Of a DNA stretch of 64,000 nt, positions 39,713 through 49,936 are shown in pieces. The translations under genes and the position numbers were made by a program. The stretch is from Acidobacteriota bacterium (lineage in GTDB: Bacteria > Acidobacteriota > UBA6911 > RPQK01 > JAJDTT01). Every line of letters starts with the position of its first letter. Positions within the stretch are counted from its first letter, which is position 1. Under the pieces are notes generated by a model that saw nothing but the letters and a program-made list of their open reading frames with translations, did no database searches and was not told the DNA's origin. The stretch spans positions 1,568,001 through 1,632,000 of the forward strand of contig CBDCJH010000002.1 of NCBI GenBank assembly GCA_965217775.1, given 5' to 3'.

Positions 39713-40966
39713 TTGACCGCCAAGACCACGTTTCTCATTCTTGCGATGCCGTGGTGGATGATGATGCCTGGAGCGTCGTCGTGGGCGCAGCAGGCCACTG
39801 GCGGCAAGCCCGGACCAATGCTCGACGCCGAAATGCAGGTGGTCGCCGAGTCGCCCGATCCGGGGAAGCTGTTCGTTTACGAACCGGGACTGGTGAAGCT
39901 TCCCAGCGGCAGGCTGTTGGTGTCCTATGAGCACACGTTGATTGACGCGAACGCCGAGGTGCCTCACCGGTTTCGCATAGCCATCAGTGAAGATGCCGGT
40001 CGTACCTGGCGGCAGCTTCCTCCGCTCGATCTGCACTCCGCGCAGCCGTTTGTGCATAAGAGTGAGTTGTATCTTCTTGGAAACCTGGCCATCCGCCGCA
40101 ACATCGTGATCCTGCGTTCCGGCGACGAAGGACGATCCTGGACCGGACCGGTCACGTTGTTCGAGGGAAGCTATTGGAACGCGCCCACCGGAGTCTTGAT
40201 CAAGGAAGGGCGTCTCTACCGGTCCTTCAACCTGCACGAGAACGCCGACGGCACGCCGAATCTGCGGAATTACCAGGGGTGCGTGGTCATCGCCGGGGAC
40301 CTCTCCGGGAATCTCCTGGACCCGGCCGCCTGGAGAATGTCCGAGCGTCTGGACTACCCGGGGACCCCGCGGCTGTTGACCCGTGTGCCGGTTGCCGGAA
40401 GACGCGCGGACCACTGGCTGGAATCCAATCTGGTGGAGGTGAAGGGTGGGATTCTAGGTTTCCATCGGCTCCGCATTCCCGGCGGAGCAGCTCATGGTCT
40501 GACGCATCAATCAACCGCCGGACTGGCCGCGGTCACCAACCTCGTGGACGATGGGAAGACCTTGAAACACACCTTCAGGCAGTTCTATCCGATACCTGGA
40601 GCGCAGAACAAGTTTCACATCATCCGCGACGAACCTTCCGGGTTGTATTGGATGGCGGGCAACATCCCCGTCGACTCGCTGGGGCGCCCCCCGGGCGGCG
40701 ATGATCGGCGGATCCTGATCCTGATGTACAGTATCGATGCGCACAACTGGTTCCAGGCCGGCTGTGTGGCCATGAGCAAGAAGCCTCGCGAAGCTTACAA
40801 CTACGCGTCGCTGCTGCCGGATGGCGATGACCTGCTGCTGGCGGTGCGGACGGCGCTGGGAGGCCGGCATTCACAGGCCAAGAGTACGCACATCACGTTT
40901 CACCGGGTGCGCGGCTTCCGCTCGCTCGCCCTTGATCTTCCCGGCCGCCGTCAGGCCGGTGATTGA
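39713..40966 (+). CDS. Secreted BNR/Asp-box sialidase-like protein
   Basis: Asp boxes SEDAGRTW, SGDEGRSW; signal peptide; TTG start after GGAG (alternative ATG 39746). Confidence 0.75.
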   Translation: MTAKTTFLILAMPWWMMMPGASSWAQQATGGKPGPMLDAEMQVVAESPDPGKLFVYEPGLVKLPSGRLLVSYEHTLIDANAEVPHRFRIAISEDAGRTWRQLPPLDLHSAQPFVHKSELYLLGNLAIRRNIVILRSGDEGRSWTGPVTLFEGSYWNAPTGVLIKEGRLYRSFNLHENADGTPNLRNYQGCVVIAGDLSGNLLDPAAWRMSERLDYPGTPRLLTRVPVAGRRADHWLESNLVEVKGGILGFHRLRIPGGAAHGLTHQSTAGLAAVTNLVDDGKTLKHTFRQFYPIPGAQNKFHIIRDEPSGLYWMAGNIPVDSLGRPPGGDDRRILILMYSIDAHNWFQAGCVAMSKKPREAYNYASLLPDGDDLLLAVRTALGGRHSQAKSTHITFHRVRGFRSLALDLPGRRQAGD

Positions 40967-41116
40967 CACCTGCTCAACGGAGCTCAGACGCCTCTCGCCG
41001 AGCCGACAACATCTGGCCGGCCACGTATTCAAAGGGGTTCGCAGGGGACGCGACGGCCCCTTTTTGCGAGCGTACTACGAAAATCGAATATCGCACAGGA
41101 TCGGGGAGGAGGAGAC

Positions 41117-42220
41117 ATGTTTTCAATTCTGGATGAAGGTGTGCTGTCACACAATCCGGGCACCGGAGCCTTCATTCCCAGCGTGACGCCGCTGAATGAC
41201 GGGACTTTCATCGCGGCTCAACAGGTAGGTAGCGAATTGGGGTCGCGGGACCATCATATCGAGATCCTGCGCTCCGAGAACGGTCGGGATTGGACCAACC
41301 AGGGCAGATTGGACATGCGTGATGGTGAGCGGCCCTGGAGCTATCACAGCGCCCAGGTCTACGAGGTTCCTGATGGGAGATTGCTGCTCAGGGCCAGCCG
41401 GTTCTGGCATCGCGACGACCCGCGGCAGTTCGAGAAGCCCGATCCTGGCATGCCCAGGACCGGCCCCGTCATCCTCTGGACGCGCGACCAGGCCAGGACC
41501 TGGTCGGAACCGCGGTTTGTGGACATTCCTTTGCGCTTCGATGAATACACCCATCACGTGATGGGCAATCTGATCCGGATATCAGACGACCGTTGGATGT
41601 TTCCCATCCAGCTCAATAGCCCCAAGCATCATTACAACGGGCCCAGTCATCACGGGGCAGCACTATTGTTTACGACTGACCAGGGAAAGTCCTTCGGCGA
41701 ATTTACCGTTCTGGCACAAGATCCGGATGGCATTATCGAATATCACGATCAGTTCGGGATTCTGCTGGAGGATGGAAGCCTCTACACGATGCTCTGGACC
41801 ATCGACACGAGAGCCAACGCCGATCTCAACAACCACTGGGTGATTTCAAGGGATGGAGGCAGAACCTGGTCGAATCCCGAGCCGACGAATCTGCGCGGCC
41901 AAGTCTGTGCACCGATCCGACTACCCGACGGCAGAATCGCGGCGGTGTACAACTACCGGCATGAACCGCAAGGTATTCATCTTGCTCTCGGACGCGATCT
42001 GTCCACCTTCGACACGGAAAACGAGATTGCCATTTTTCTGGCCGGACGGGAATCCATGGTCGGCAAGCCGAAGGATGAACATTTTCTGTCCAGGAACGAA
42101 AAAATCGCCTTTGGACGGCCCAACGGCGTCCAACTGCCAGATGGCACGATCTTGATCTGGTTCTGGTGTACGACTGATGGGGTCACCCATACTCGATGGG
42201 CAAGGGTTCAACTCCCTTAG
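41117..42220 (+). CDS. BNR/Asp-box sialidase-like protein
   Basis: TRDQARTWS, TTDQGKSF, SRDGGRTWS; GGAGGAG RBS. Confidence 0.82.
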   Translation: MFSILDEGVLSHNPGTGAFIPSVTPLNDGTFIAAQQVGSELGSRDHHIEILRSENGRDWTNQGRLDMRDGERPWSYHSAQVYEVPDGRLLLRASRFWHRDDPRQFEKPDPGMPRTGPVILWTRDQARTWSEPRFVDIPLRFDEYTHHVMGNLIRISDDRWMFPIQLNSPKHHYNGPSHHGAALLFTTDQGKSFGEFTVLAQDPDGIIEYHDQFGILLEDGSLYTMLWTIDTRANADLNNHWVISRDGGRTWSNPEPTNLRGQVCAPIRLPDGRIAAVYNYRHEPQGIHLALGRDLSTFDTENEIAIFLAGRESMVGKPKDEHFLSRNEKIAFGRPNGVQLPDGTILIWFWCTTDGVTHTRWARVQLP

Positions 42221-42309
42221 CCAAAATGCTAGTACGACTTGGCGTTGCGGATCCGGATTCGCAGTTGAACAGGCGGGCCGGCCAACGCACTGACATCGCT
42301 CTTCCCGCG
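42201..42309 (+). repeat. Imperfect ~110-bp direct repeat of 44113-44224
   Basis: CAAGGGTTCAACTCCC identical in both copies, followed by shared CTTGGCGTTGCGGAT..GGATTCGCAGTTGAACAGGC.GGCCGGCCA..GCACTGAC.TCGCTCTT.CCGCG. Confidence 0.85.
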
Positions 42310-42531
42310 GTCAGGTCTGCTCGCAAGACGGTGCTCGCGTCTACGCCGGACCCGATAGATCGAAGTCGCTCCTGATTGGAGGCTCGATCGTAGCGGGTCG
42401 GGCGGAAGTTGGAGCCCCCAAAGTCGGAGCAGAGAAGAACACCCCCAACTCCCGAATCGAGGTCGGATCCCTCGGTTCGATCGCCATCGAAGATCCGCCC
42501 ACTCTCGGTTCACATCGGGCGAAGGATCCGG

Positions 42532-44115
42532 TCAGTTCGGCGTCGACTCCGACCGGAAGGCGAAACTGAATAGCTGTGCATCAGTCAGATGGAATCGTAA
42601 AGAAATGGCTTTACCCTGAAGCGAGGATACATCGGATTGTCCATCAAAGGTCATCACGTGCCGGATCTCATCGCCGGAAAAGGGGTCCGATGATTCCCAG
42701 CCCCTCAGGGGACGGCCATCAGCGTCGAGCACCGCGACCGTAATTTTACCCCCTGATTTGGTCAAAGCATTGATCTCCAGGCGGCGGCCCTTGAATCTAA
42801 TCGGAATGGTCAACAACGATCCGCCCGCCTGCGGACCATCGACCGAGACGAATCGATCCAGTTTCCATTTGATTAATCCAATCGCCCCTTGCAGTTTTCT
42901 GGGTCCGTGCCCCGGGATGGTTACGATTCCGGTCTTCTTGGCGGTGCCCACCCCGTGAACCTGATTTCCACCTCGGTAGTAGAGCCAGATTTCATCCCCC
43001 AGCCGAATCGCCTCGGATGGAGTGCTTGTAATGTTCACGGAATCCCAAGCGTCCAGTTCTCCGAATTCGATCACCGGCGTTCGGAAGGGGCGTTCCCAAT
43101 GAATCAGATCACGCGAAACTGCGAGCTGTGTCTCCATCGGGCCCTGGTGATTGCGGTAGCGGGCATTGTTGTTGATCGTGAGAATCCACGGAAAGGCGAT
43201 GGTGCAACTCTCGGCCTGGTAGATCCCGACGCCGTAGAACTCGCTTCGCATCAAGCGCGGGTCGTCCGGTTCGTCCAGCAGTCCCCGTATTCTCTCAATC
43301 CTTGCCAACGCGCCCACATCATCTCTCAGGTCGTTGGTGAAAGACGGAACAGGTTCGGACCAATTCACAAAATCGTCGCTGATGATCGTGGAGAACGAGC
43401 GCCGTCTGAAACCCATGACCTTCTTGTGGATCTTTGGAAAAGCCACGAACTTGCCACGAGTTCGGTCAAAGTACGCCGATATCACGTCCCCTTCCGGAGC
43501 AATCGGTTTCTCGCTGGTGTAGGCCCAGTTCAGGCCATCCGGCGATACCATGGTTTGGTATCCCTTCGGCCTCCGGCTGTACCCCACCATCTTGTATCGC
43601 CGGCCAGGATCGGAATCCAGCAGATCCTTCATGACGCTGGCAGGATGAACTCCGGCAATAACCGCATTGTGCGGCTTGCCATTCCTGGCCTTGATGGTTC
43701 CCAGAAGCGGCTTCTCCCAGTGTATTCCGTCGCCACTCGAGGCGTAACAGATTACAGATTGATCGAAGTACGATTCGCTTCCGGACTGGAAGGAGGTGGA
43801 ATGATGGTAATTCGTGTACCACATCCTGAAGGTTTTTTCCCGAGCGTCGAAAATAACCGAGCCCGCCGCCACCAGCCAGCCCTCCCAGGGTTGGTCCGGC
43901 ACCAGCAGGGGATTTTCGTCGTGCTTCTGACCCGGGTGCTGAGTGAACCAGACTCCGTTGGTCTCACGAACCAGCAGTTTGTCCACGAACAACTGCGACC
44001 TGTCCGTCACATTGAAAGGAGATGGCGCGTCGCCGGCAGGTCTGGCCCCTGCCTCGGCCCAACCTTGTGCCCATACAGTCGAACCCGTCAGGAGCAGCAG
44101 AGACAGACAGATCAA
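42532..44115 (-). CDS. Secreted five-bladed beta-propeller (GH32/43-like fold) hypothetical protein
   Basis: QLFVD, FRMWY, SGDGIHWEKP, SRDLIHWER, DRFVS, LFSFAF; TTG start inferred. Confidence 0.75.
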   Translation of the reverse strand: MICLSLLLLTGSTVWAQGWAEAGARPAGDAPSPFNVTDRSQLFVDKLLVRETNGVWFTQHPGQKHDENPLLVPDQPWEGWLVAAGSVIFDAREKTFRMWYTNYHHSTSFQSGSESYFDQSVICYASSGDGIHWEKPLLGTIKARNGKPHNAVIAGVHPASVMKDLLDSDPGRRYKMVGYSRRPKGYQTMVSPDGLNWAYTSEKPIAPEGDVISAYFDRTRGKFVAFPKIHKKVMGFRRRSFSTIISDDFVNWSEPVPSFTNDLRDDVGALARIERIRGLLDEPDDPRLMRSEFYGVGIYQAESCTIAFPWILTINNNARYRNHQGPMETQLAVSRDLIHWERPFRTPVIEFGELDAWDSVNITSTPSEAIRLGDEIWLYYRGGNQVHGVGTAKKTGIVTIPGHGPRKLQGAIGLIKWKLDRFVSVDGPQAGGSLLTIPIRFKGRRLEINALTKSGGKITVAVLDADGRPLRGWESSDPFSGDEIRHVMTFDGQSDVSSLQGKAISLRFHLTDAQLFSFAFRSESTPN

Positions 44116-44119
44116 GGGT

Positions 44120-45703
44120 TCAACTCCCGAATCCAAACTGAAACGAGTACAGCTTGGCGTTGCGGATGTGGATTCGCAGTTGAACAGGCTGGCCGGCCAG
44201 GGCACTGACGTCGCTCTTGCCGCGCCAGCTCATGCGATGCCGGCCGGTGGTTCTCACCGGATCTGACTCAGCCAGGGTGAACCCGGCAATCGGTTCCAGG
44301 TCCGAATCCAATATCCCCACCTTCAGCTCGGGTTGTCCGGCTCCGGCGTTGTTCCAAGCCGCTTTCATATTGAGCGAAAGTTCGTTGCCCTCGAAGGAAA
44401 AAAAGTGGGTCACCAATTCACCGGGGAGCAGCTTGCCCGCGTCCACCGAGACGAATGCATCTTCCGCCAAGGTCGCCAGACCGGCGGCGTGAAGGGCTTC
44501 CTTCCCCTTCCTGTACAGGGCTTCCGGTCCCCTCCAGTTCCCGCCTTCATAGTAGATCCACACCTTTCCGTCATGGACGATAGGAGCCAGGACATAGACC
44601 GTCGTCTCATCGAAATCCCCATGGTCGCCCGGGCGGACGAAGGGTTCCCGGTAGTTCCTCTCGTAATGGATGCCGTCGCGGCTGACCACCAGTTCGGGGT
44701 AGTGCAAGGTGTTGGTGGTGCGAAAATTCCAAAGCATACCGATGTAGATTCCATGGTAGGTGATGGCCGGCATGTTGTAGAACTCGGTATCGGGGAAGTC
44801 CTTCTCGTCGGGGATCAGAATCGTCTGGTCCTGGCTCCACCGGATCATATCCGGGCTCTCGGCACGCCCGATCACCCTCTTCCCCAGCCGGCAGCGGCGG
44901 TGAAGGCAGCTTTCCACGTGGACCGCGTAGACCCCCCGGATCGGGTCCCAGCCCATGAAGACCGTGGGGCCCCAGCGTCCCCGGCGGGGTGAGGTGTCCA
45001 GCACCGGGTTGTTTTCATAGGGAGTCCATTCGAACCCGTCAGGCGAGTAGAACAGGTCCAGTTGCATACCGGGACCGGTGGTCGTTCCCGCCTTATGGAT
45101 CGTCTTGTAACGCTTGGCGGGATCGGTTTCGTGGTGGTCCTTGAACAGAGGGACCATATTCTCTTTCGGGAGGATGTTGTTTTCCTTGGAGTTGTTGAAC
45201 TCGGCCCGTCCCAGACTTGGCTTTTCCCAGTGCACCCCGTCACGGGAAACCGCATAACAGATCAGCCACTCATCGTCGGTCAGATCGTAGCTGTAGGGAA
45301 CCTCGACTGTGCGGCGGACGGTCCGGTCGCTCACCCAGTCGTAGGTCGTCATTTCACCGCCCTTCTTGGCGAAGTACCGCTTGGTGGTCCGGTACCACAT
45401 CCTGAAGAGGCCCTCGTCCTCGTCGTAAATCACGCGACTGGGACCGGTCAGCGCCCCCTCCCAGGGTCGATCGTTTCTCAGCACGGGGTTCTGCGGGTGC
45501 TTGTCAGCCGGATTCAGGACCTGCCGAGCGTTCTTGAGGCTTTGAATGATGTAGCTGTCGATGAACAGTTGTCTTTGGGTTCCTATCTGAAGGAGCGGCG
45601 GGGATTTACCCTCTGCTGAGACCATCGGCGCAGCCGTCCAGCATGAAGTGAGAAGAAAAACTGCGAAGAACAAACGCCGGCTCGTGTCCGGAATTTTCAT
45701 CAT
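44120..45703 (-). CDS. Secreted beta-propeller glycoside-hydrolase-like paralog
   Basis: QLFID, SRDGVHWEKP, SPDG, NAKLYSFQF; signal peptide. Confidence 0.78.
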   Translation of the reverse strand: MMKIPDTSRRLFFAVFLLTSCWTAAPMVSAEGKSPPLLQIGTQRQLFIDSYIIQSLKNARQVLNPADKHPQNPVLRNDRPWEGALTGPSRVIYDEDEGLFRMWYRTTKRYFAKKGGEMTTYDWVSDRTVRRTVEVPYSYDLTDDEWLICYAVSRDGVHWEKPSLGRAEFNNSKENNILPKENMVPLFKDHHETDPAKRYKTIHKAGTTTGPGMQLDLFYSPDGFEWTPYENNPVLDTSPRRGRWGPTVFMGWDPIRGVYAVHVESCLHRRCRLGKRVIGRAESPDMIRWSQDQTILIPDEKDFPDTEFYNMPAITYHGIYIGMLWNFRTTNTLHYPELVVSRDGIHYERNYREPFVRPGDHGDFDETTVYVLAPIVHDGKVWIYYEGGNWRGPEALYRKGKEALHAAGLATLAEDAFVSVDAGKLLPGELVTHFFSFEGNELSLNMKAAWNNAGAGQPELKVGILDSDLEPIAGFTLAESDPVRTTGRHRMSWRGKSDVSALAGQPVQLRIHIRNAKLYSFQFGFGS

Positions 45704-45758
45704 TTCAAAATTCCCTTTTTTTTCGAGTCTTGCTTTTGCCAACCAGGCGGACCTTCAT

Positions 45759-45916
45759 CAGTCCGTGGTGAAAGTCTCGCGAGCACCGAAACCGTTCCTG
45801 CGCCCGCCGGACAAGGCGCGATTCGGGAGCATACCGGGAGTATGTGACCGAATCGCAACGCAGTCCGCCGGGATGCAGGGACGGTCGAATGCCGTGACGA
45901 CTTTTGCCGCGGGCTG
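45759..45916 (+). mobile_element. 158-bp MITE copy A
   Basis: TIR CAGTCCGTGGTGAAAGTC / GACTTTTGCCGCGGGCTG; TSD TCAT. Confidence 0.9.
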
Positions 45917-46052
45917 TCATGCGCGACTTGCTTACTCATGCCCAAGTGGAGTCACCTTGACTTCCGCCTCAGGATGGCTCCCGCCTGCTCACGATGGTGG
46001 GGTCGCATCAGCGGCACCCCCGACCCCATCAGGCCCGGAGGCGCCGCTTGGT

Positions 46053-49000
46053 TCAGAAGGCGTATTTGATGCCAAATTGGACCTGACGCGCGGCGGCGGC
46101 ATTCCTCACCCGACCCACGTCTCCTCTGTCGACGTTGGCGCTTGGCGCTGCAAAGTTGGCGTGGTTGAAGAAGTTGAAGAACTCGAAGCGGAGCTGGATA
46201 CGGTGGCTCTCGGCAAAGCTGAGGTTCCTGATGACCGAGAAATCCACGTTGGCGAGGCCGTCCTGGATGAGGATGTTCCGCCCGGCGTCACCCCAGGTGT
46301 AGCGCTCCGAAATGCCGAAGGCACCCGGGTTGAAGAACCGATCCACCGTCCGCTGGGATTCCGGCAGATTACCCCAATTTTCTCCCCGCAGATCCGGGCG
46401 CAAATGCGACCGTCCTCCCGTGTTGACATAGAAATTGCGGTTACTGACAAACGGGGTGTAGGGGAAACCGGTCTGAAGGGTCACGATGGTTCCCAGTTGC
46501 CACCCGTCCAGAACGTGGCGCGCGCCTCCGGACATTCCCTTGGCGAAGGGAAGTTCCCAGACCGTGTTGAAGGTGAACCGGTTGCGCACATCGTGGTCGG
46601 TCAGCGCGTGATCGGCATCGATGTCTCGGATGTTCTGGGGGTTGGACACCCAGATCCCCACCCGGTCTTGGGATTTGCTCAAGGTGTAGCCGGCGAGAAA
46701 AAAGAGACCTTCCGAGAATCGACGCTGCAATTTCACCTGCAGGGAATGGTACTTGCTGGTGGAATCGCTGAGCCAGCACTCGCAACTGGTGGCGATTTTC
46801 AGCGGCCGCCTCGACTGCACGTCACCCGGCCCGGGATCGGGACGATTGAGGTTGCGCGCCACCCACAAGTCCACCGCGCGGATCCCGACATAACCCACGT
46901 CCAGCGCCAGATCGCGGCTCAGTTCCCTTTGCAGGTTCAGACTCCATTGATAGGAGGTGGCGGAGGGCTGCATGTCCGCCACCACCGCCTTGAAATCAAG
47001 CCCGTTTGCAAGCAGGGTGTCCACGTTGATGGTGGGAACGTAGCCCATGAACGTGGTGGGTGTTGCCGCCGTGTTGTAAAACTCCCGCGTTCGAGCGAAC
47101 CAGGGAGGAGCCCATCCCACCGATCTGCCGACGGATCCGGTGGCCTGCCCGTAATAGATGCCCCCACCCAGGCGAAACACCGTCCTGTCGTTGGCGCGAA
47201 ACGCCACGCCGATTCGGGGAGCAAGGTATTTGTAATTGGGGTCGTAGAGTCGTTCGTTGGGCCGAAAACTGTGGGGAACCTTGGCCGCAAAACCGGGAAT
47301 CGAACCAGGTCCGGTCTCCAAAGGCGCACCGCGAGGATAAATCACCTGCTGATTGACGTAATCCGGATTCGCCATGGCTCGATTGTGAGCCACGGTGTGC
47401 GGAAGATTGATCTCCCAGCGGAGGCCCAGGTTCATGGTCAGCCTGGAACTCACCTGCCAGTCGTCCGCCGCGTATAAGTGGTACTGGGATTGGCGGCCCC
47501 GGAAAATGCCCAGGGGCAGACCGTTGTTGACCTGCTGCGGTGTGCCCAGGAGAAAGTCGGCGAAGGACTCGCCCCGGCTTGCCAAGCCGGTACGCGCGTC
47601 ATCGAGCGGCCCGGTAAACCCGCCGTCGAAGTTAGTCCCCACCCCTCCGGTGCTGGCCAGCAGATCGTTGATCCCCCAGTCGAACCACTGGAAGCCGAAC
47701 TTGAACAAATGATTCCCCCGGTGGATGGAAAAATTGTCGGTAGCGGTGTAGACGGTTGACGGATCGCCCCGGCGCGTACCGCCGAATCCGGCAAATCCCG
47801 TGACTCCTATGCTGGGAAATCCCTGTTGCTCGAGATCCAGAGTGGCTTCATTGGGAAAGCCCAGGTTGAAGACCTGCTCCGCGTGCTCAGGAACAGTCTT
47901 GGGAGAATTGTGCAGTCCCGAAACGTTGATCTCGTTGATGATGGTGGGCGAGAAGGTGCGGGTCCAACTCAACATCGCGTGAAAACTCTTTCGAGTGAGG
48001 TCGCTTCCGAATCCGGGAAGGGTTCCGGGCTCAAACCTCGGTCTATTCTGGTAGGAAAACCGGGCGAAGAAATCGTCCTGATCGGTCAAGCTGTGATCGA
48101 ACCGGCCAATGAACTGGTTTTCATCGTTGTTGGCACTCAGGGTACGCGTGAAATTGGGCAAGTCGGCCTGATTCGGATCCGGCCAGTACGACAGGATCTT
48201 CTGGGCGATAGGATGGACCCGGCTGCTGGGGATTCGGCCTCCTGCAAAGGCGATCCGCTGGCCTGTAGCGTCGTGGTTGAATGGATCATAGATGGCGGAA
48301 CCGGAGAAATCGCCCGCTTTCTGAGCCGCGTCCGGGACGATTGCACTGCGAATCCGCTGGTTCCGGATGCGGGTCCCATCAAAGGCGAAAAAGAAAAAGC
48401 TGCGGTCGCTCACGATGGGGCCTCCGAGCGTAGCCCCGAACTGGTTCTGGCGAAAGGGCGGCTTGCCCAGACCGGCCTTGTTGGCGAAGAAGTGCACCGC
48501 GTCGAATTTGTCATTGCGGACGAACTCAAAGAGGCTTCCATGAAACTCGTTGGTCCCCGTCTTCATGACCGCGTTGATCAAGCCTCCCATGGCTCGGCCA
48601 TATTGGGCGCCAAAGCCGGTGGTCATGATTTTGAATTCCTTGATGCTGTCCACGGAGGGTCGGGTCGCCGGCTGCAAATGGTAGAAGTCGGTGTTGTCCC
48701 CTCCGTCCAAGGTGTACCCTACGTCGAAGACCCGAGTGCCGTTGATGTTGGGTAGGGGCTCGCCATAGTTCGTTTTCCCCGACACCACGCCCACCGTCAG
48801 ATGTGCCAGTTGCAAGTAATCGCGCCCGTTGAGCGGCAGGTCCACGATCTGCCTTTCGACGATCACCTCGCCCCGCTCCTGGGTCTGGGTCTCCAGCAAG
48901 GGCGACCGGCCGGTGACCGTAACCCTCTCTGTCACCTCGCCCACCGCGAGCTTGATATCCAGACGGGCGTCCTGATCCACCTGCAAGAGGAGCTCCGTGT

Positions 49001-49331
49001 GCTCGTAGGTCATGAATCCGGGGAGCGAGGCCGTCACTGTGTAGACGCCGGGCGCCAGGTTGCGGATCAAATACAATCCCACGTCTCCACTGATCTGGCT
49101 TCTTTGTGCGTTGGTCTCCTGGTTGCGGGCCGTCACGGTGGCTCCGGGAAGGACACCACCGGTGTTATCCGTGACCAGACCGGTGATGCTCGCCTTGATG
49201 CCCTGCGCCCGCACCACTGTCAGTTCCGAATTGAGGAGGGTGAAAAAAAGGCAGATGAATGGCATCCACCTGGGAATCTGAGGTCTGGGCGCACGGGATT
49301 CTCGAACCCTGAAATGGGCTGCATTCGACAT
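46053..49331 (-). CDS. TonB-dependent receptor with carboxypeptidase-regulatory-like N-domain
   Basis: LPLNGRDY, DSIKEFK, APRIGVAF, terminal QFGIKYAF; AAGGAG RBS. Confidence 0.92.
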   Translation of the reverse strand: MSNAAHFRVRESRAPRPQIPRWMPFICLFFTLLNSELTVVRAQGIKASITGLVTDNTGGVLPGATVTARNQETNAQRSQISGDVGLYLIRNLAPGVYTVTASLPGFMTYEHTELLLQVDQDARLDIKLAVGEVTERVTVTGRSPLLETQTQERGEVIVERQIVDLPLNGRDYLQLAHLTVGVVSGKTNYGEPLPNINGTRVFDVGYTLDGGDNTDFYHLQPATRPSVDSIKEFKIMTTGFGAQYGRAMGGLINAVMKTGTNEFHGSLFEFVRNDKFDAVHFFANKAGLGKPPFRQNQFGATLGGPIVSDRSFFFFAFDGTRIRNQRIRSAIVPDAAQKAGDFSGSAIYDPFNHDATGQRIAFAGGRIPSSRVHPIAQKILSYWPDPNQADLPNFTRTLSANNDENQFIGRFDHSLTDQDDFFARFSYQNRPRFEPGTLPGFGSDLTRKSFHAMLSWTRTFSPTIINEINVSGLHNSPKTVPEHAEQVFNLGFPNEATLDLEQQGFPSIGVTGFAGFGGTRRGDPSTVYTATDNFSIHRGNHLFKFGFQWFDWGINDLLASTGGVGTNFDGGFTGPLDDARTGLASRGESFADFLLGTPQQVNNGLPLGIFRGRQSQYHLYAADDWQVSSRLTMNLGLRWEINLPHTVAHNRAMANPDYVNQQVIYPRGAPLETGPGSIPGFAAKVPHSFRPNERLYDPNYKYLAPRIGVAFRANDRTVFRLGGGIYYGQATGSVGRSVGWAPPWFARTREFYNTAATPTTFMGYVPTINVDTLLANGLDFKAVVADMQPSATSYQWSLNLQRELSRDLALDVGYVGIRAVDLWVARNLNRPDPGPGDVQSRRPLKIATSCECWLSDSTSKYHSLQVKLQRRFSEGLFFLAGYTLSKSQDRVGIWVSNPQNIRDIDADHALTDHDVRNRFTFNTVWELPFAKGMSGGARHVLDGWQLGTIVTLQTGFPYTPFVSNRNFYVNTGGRSHLRPDLRGENWGNLPESQRTVDRFFNPGAFGISERYTWGDAGRNILIQDGLANVDFSVIRNLSFAESHRIQLRFEFFNFFNHANFAAPSANVDRGDVGRVRNAAAARQVQFGIKYAF

Positions 49332-49716
49332 GGTGGGCTCCTTCCGTAGTCGCCAGCCTTCTTTCAGACTGACTTGCCAAGTGCCGGCAGGTGCAAATGT
49401 CAGCAGGTGACTTGCGAAGTGTCGACAGGTGAGTTTGCAAACAGAATACCCGATTGAATCTAAATATCAAAATATAAATTTATTCCGTAGGAGGTGGACG
49501 GGAGGACCGGATACGTCACGGAAGAATTCGGATCAAGCCTGTGACTCCTCCGTTGTGCTCAGACCCTGCGGGTGACGCGACTCCCTCCGAGGCGAAGAGA
49601 GATGTTATGGGCGAACGAAAGGTTCCGGCCAAGACTGGCCGGAAGGGCCACAAACGGGCACCGGGCCACAAGACGAGGAGGTCACATTCTCACCGACCGG
49701 ACAGATCACGTGTTAA

Positions 49717-49874
49717 CAGCCCGTGGCAAAAGTCATCACGGCATTCGACCGTCCCTGCATCCCGGCGGACGGCGTTGCGATTCGGGCACATACTCCCGGT
49801 ATGCACCCGAATCGCGCCTTGTCCGGCGGGCGGAGGAACGGTCTCGGTGCTCGCGGGACTTTCACCACGGACTG
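49717..49874 (-). mobile_element. 158-bp MITE copy B (inverted)
   Basis: Reverse complement of copies A/C/D; TSD TTAA. Confidence 0.9.
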
Positions 49875-49936
49875 TTAAAAAACCGGTCAACGTGACGCGC
49901 TAATGACACCCCGGGCGGAGACGGCATGATCACACC

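Noticed and set aside
41031-41065. Hairpin AAAGGGG...CCCCTTTTT as a regulatory RNA
   Set aside because: Could be a simple terminator; insufficient evidence.
42229-42513. 94-aa ORF
   Set aside because: Its only protein-like part is the duplicated gene tail; treated as a repeat remnant.
45700-45945. Recurring short ORFs (PWQKSSRHSTVPASRR...) at several loci
   Set aside because: Translations of the MITE, not genes.
49541-49690. Possible riboswitch/ncRNA (hairpin TTCCGGCCA/TGGCCGGAA, outer GTGACTCCTC/GAGGAGGTCAC)
   Set aside because: No recognisable cobalamin, TPP or other aptamer motifs; would need an Rfam search.
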